Of a DNA stretch of 64,000 bases, positions 61,667 through 64,000 are shown piece after piece; the first letter of the stretch is position 1; every line of letters begins with the position of its first letter. The notes under the pieces were generated by a model. The model was not told the DNA's origin and searched no databases. It worked only from the letters and a program-made list of their open reading frames with translations. The stretch lies in assembly GCA_965213625.1 (NCBI GenBank), contig CBDBZU010000004.1, positions 3,232,001 through 3,296,000 on the forward strand, given 5' to 3'. A program made the translations under genes and the position numbers. This DNA comes from a bacterium. GTDB lineage: Bacteria > UBA8248.

Positions 61667-62692
61667 ATGGCGGATCCATCAGACCTTATCGAACATTTTT
61701 TCGCGCAGCCCTGGTCCGACGGCCTGCCCGTCGTCGTCCCGACCGAAGAGCGCTTATCCACAATGCTAGCGAACCACGCGCCCGATGCGCTCATCGGCCA
61801 TGTGCCGCCAGCGAACCATCCCGCGACTACCGAGGCCGTGGCAATTCACGCCGTCATGGCGGGTTGTAAGCCAGAATATTTTCCGGCGCTGTTATGCGCG
61901 CTCTCCTGCATTCTGGACCCAAGCTTCAACATGAACGGTATCCAGGCCACGATGAACCCCGCCGGCCCCCTCATCGTCATGAACGGCCCCTACCCCCGCG
62001 AAATCGGCGTACACGGCGGTACGGGCTGCCTGGGACCGGGTTTCCGGGCGAACGCGACCATCGGCCGCGCGCTACGACTCATGCTCCTGAACCTGGGTGG
62101 GGGGATTCCCGGCGTGGTGGATATGAGCACGTTCGGCAGCCCGAGCAAATTCGCCTACTGCCTGCGCGAGAACGAGGAAATCAGCCCCTGGCCCTCACTG
62201 GCCGTAGAACGCGGATTCGCGAAGGATGAGAACGTCGTCACCGCCTGTGCGGGGGAAGGTCCGCGCGTCGCGCTCGATGATTCGAGCGATCATCTCGACG
62301 GCGTGCTCACCACGATTGCGAGCACCATCTCCACCATGGGCACGCGCCACGCCTACTCGCCCGTTGGCCTCACGGTCATCATGGGGCCGGAACACGCCCA
62401 GCTTCTCGCCGACCACGGCTTCAGCCGGGACGACGCCAAACAAGGCCTCGTCGAGCGAGCTCAGCTGCCCGTAGGGCTGCTAAAGCGCGGCGGACGCTAT
62501 CGTGGTAAAGATAAAAGCGAATGGCCCGATTGGGTGGATCACGACGACGATGACTGCATGGCGCCCATGATCCGAAAACCCGAAGACGTGACCCTCTTGG
62601 TGGCCGGCGGCCTGCCCGGGCCGTCCTCGTTCATTATCCCGGGATGGAACAACACCAACCGGCCCGTCTCCAAGTCGTTCGTGGTGGTGTAG
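61667..62692 (+). CDS. Conserved hypothetical protein of the 'DGLP...AVMAGC...NATIGRA' type
   Basis: WSDGLPVVVPT, AVMAGCKPEY, GPGFRANATIGRALRL, ENEEISPW; host-like codon usage. Confidence 0.75.
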   Translation: MADPSDLIEHFFAQPWSDGLPVVVPTEERLSTMLANHAPDALIGHVPPANHPATTEAVAIHAVMAGCKPEYFPALLCALSCILDPSFNMNGIQATMNPAGPLIVMNGPYPREIGVHGGTGCLGPGFRANATIGRALRLMLLNLGGGIPGVVDMSTFGSPSKFAYCLRENEEISPWPSLAVERGFAKDENVVTACAGEGPRVALDDSSDHLDGVLTTIASTISTMGTRHAYSPVGLTVIMGPEHAQLLADHGFSRDDAKQGLVERAQLPVGLLKRGGRYRGKDKSEWPDWVDHDDDDCMAPMIRKPEDVTLLVAGGLPGPSSFIIPGWNNTNRPVSKSFVVV

Positions 62693-62724
62693 CCGGGAGG
62701 CTCACTTAAACTGCGCATGCCCCC

Positions 62725-64000
62725 CTAACACCCGTAGGCCTTGCCCTCCTGGGGAGTGAGACGCTTCCAGGCCATCGCCAGTTCGGCGAGAATCCGCACG
62801 CCCACGCCGGTGCCCCCCTCGGGGCGGTAGGCCTCGTCCTTGCCGGTGTGTGAGGGTCCCGCAATATCGAGATGCACCCAGGGCGTCTCGTCGGCGAAGT
62901 GCTGCAAGAACGCCGCGGCGGTGTTCGCGCCACCCCACCGCGCCCCCGAGATGTTGCACATATCGGCTATCTTGCCCTTCATCGCCTCACCGTATTCCGG
63001 GAACAGCGGCATGTGCCAGACGCGGTCGCCCGTACGCTCACCCAGGTCGCGCACGCGCTCCAGCAACTCATCGTGCGTGCCGTACATGCCTGTCACCTTC
63101 TGGCCCAGCGCCACCATGCACGCGCCCGTGAGCGTGGCGAGGTCGATCATGCACTGGGGCTTGTATTTCTCGTGCGTATAGTGGAGCGCATCGGCGAGTA
63201 CGAGCCTGCCCTCGGCGTCGGTGTTGTGGATTTCAATCGTCGTTCCCTTCATGGAGCGCACTATGTCGCCGGGCCGCGTGGCATCGCCGTCCACCATGTT
63301 CTCCACGAGGCCCGTCACGCCGATTACCGGCACGCGGGGCTTTGCGCGTGCGACGGCGAGCATCGCCCCCAGGACGGCGGCGGCGCCGCTCATGTCGGTC
63401 GTCATGAGCTCCATCCCGCTGCTCGGCTTGATGGATATGCCGCCCGTGTCGAACGTCACCCCCTTGCCGACGAAGGCGATGGGTTTCTGGCTTCTGGCAC
63501 CCTGTGGCCTGTACTCGAGAATGACCATGCGGGGCGGCTCGCTGCTGCCACGGTTCACGGAGAGAAGCGCGCCCATCTTCTGCCTCGCCATCTGCTTTTC
63601 ATCGAGTATCCGGCACCTCAAGCCCTCGCGCCTGGCCATCGCGCGCGCCATATCGGCCAGCGCGGGCGGACGCTTCTCGTTGCTGGGCGTGTTGATGAGG
63701 TCGCGCGCAAAGTTCGTCCCCTCGCAGAGCGCGCGCCCGTAGCGCACGCCGCGCCGCATCGCGCTCAAGTTCTTGGCAGGCCCCCCGCAGAGAATGACGC
63801 GCGATATCTCGGTTTTCTCATCCTCATCCGCACTCTTGTATTTATCCATCCGGTAGAGACCGAGTCCCACGCCCTCGACTATCGCTTGGGCCGCCTCGCG
63901 AGCTTCGAGACCATCTCCGGTCGTGGAGGACGCCGAAACGGAGACGCTCTCAAGGCCTTCTGAGCGCGCACGCTTGACCGCCTGAGCGCTGGCGCAGCGA
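62725..64000 (-). CDS. pepA: Leucyl aminopeptidase (M17), 5' end outside the window
   Basis: VGKGVTFDTGGISIK, DMSGAA, NTDAEGRL, DLATLTGA, HLDIAG. Confidence 0.95.
   Translation of the reverse strand, partial: RCASAQAVKRARSEGLESVSVSASSTTGDGLEAREAAQAIVEGVGLGLYRMDKYKSADEDEKTEISRVILCGGPAKNLSAMRRGVRYGRALCEGTNFARDLINTPSNEKRPPALADMARAMARREGLRCRILDEKQMARQKMGALLSVNRGSSEPPRMVILEYRPQGARSQKPIAFVGKGVTFDTGGISIKPSSGMELMTTDMSGAAAVLGAMLAVARAKPRVPVIGVTGLVENMVDGDATRPGDIVRSMKGTTIEIHNTDAEGRLVLADALHYTHEKYKPQCMIDLATLTGACMVALGQKVTGMYGTHDELLERVRDLGERTGDRVWHMPLFPEYGEAMKGKIADMCNISGARWGGANTAAAFLQHFADETPWVHLDIAGPSHTGKDEAYRPEGGTGVGVRILAELAMAWKRLTPQEGKAYGC

Overview
Bacterial chromosomal window, mostly GC-rich, with most genes on the minus strand. 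It holds housekeeping genes (aroQ, aroB, dusB, tsaD, tkt, eno, nrdR, rpiB, rsfS, nadD, proB, obgE, rpmA, rplU, mnmA, leuA, rsmD, pepA) mixed with many catabolic paralogues (4 SDRs, 3 MmgE/PrpD, CoA-transferase, LLM monooxygenase, 2-oxoacid dehydrogenase E1a/E1b/E2, CitE-like lyase). Main results: (1) a divergent glycine/sarcosine/betaine-reductase-like operon (grdC-grdA-grdE-grdB) whose grdA and grdB need in-frame UGA read as selenocysteine. The ORF track misses this. Both genes have SECIS-like hairpins, the B subunits lack key canonical cysteines, and no grdD is in the window. (2) A ~20 kb block of core genes (~17.5-37.5 kb) with much lower GC and gradual edges, bracketed almost symmetrically by a 38-bp inverted repeat (34/38 identical) and 10-bp-periodic motifs. 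(3) A probable ATT start codon for rsfS. (4) An IS1182-family element nested in the hairpin of a MITE with related ends. Also an RTX-repeat protein, a small TA islet, GTAG-type REP palindromes and a DnaA-box cluster. No rRNA, tRNA or cas genes were recognised. All calls come from motif recognition by eye; no database search was run.
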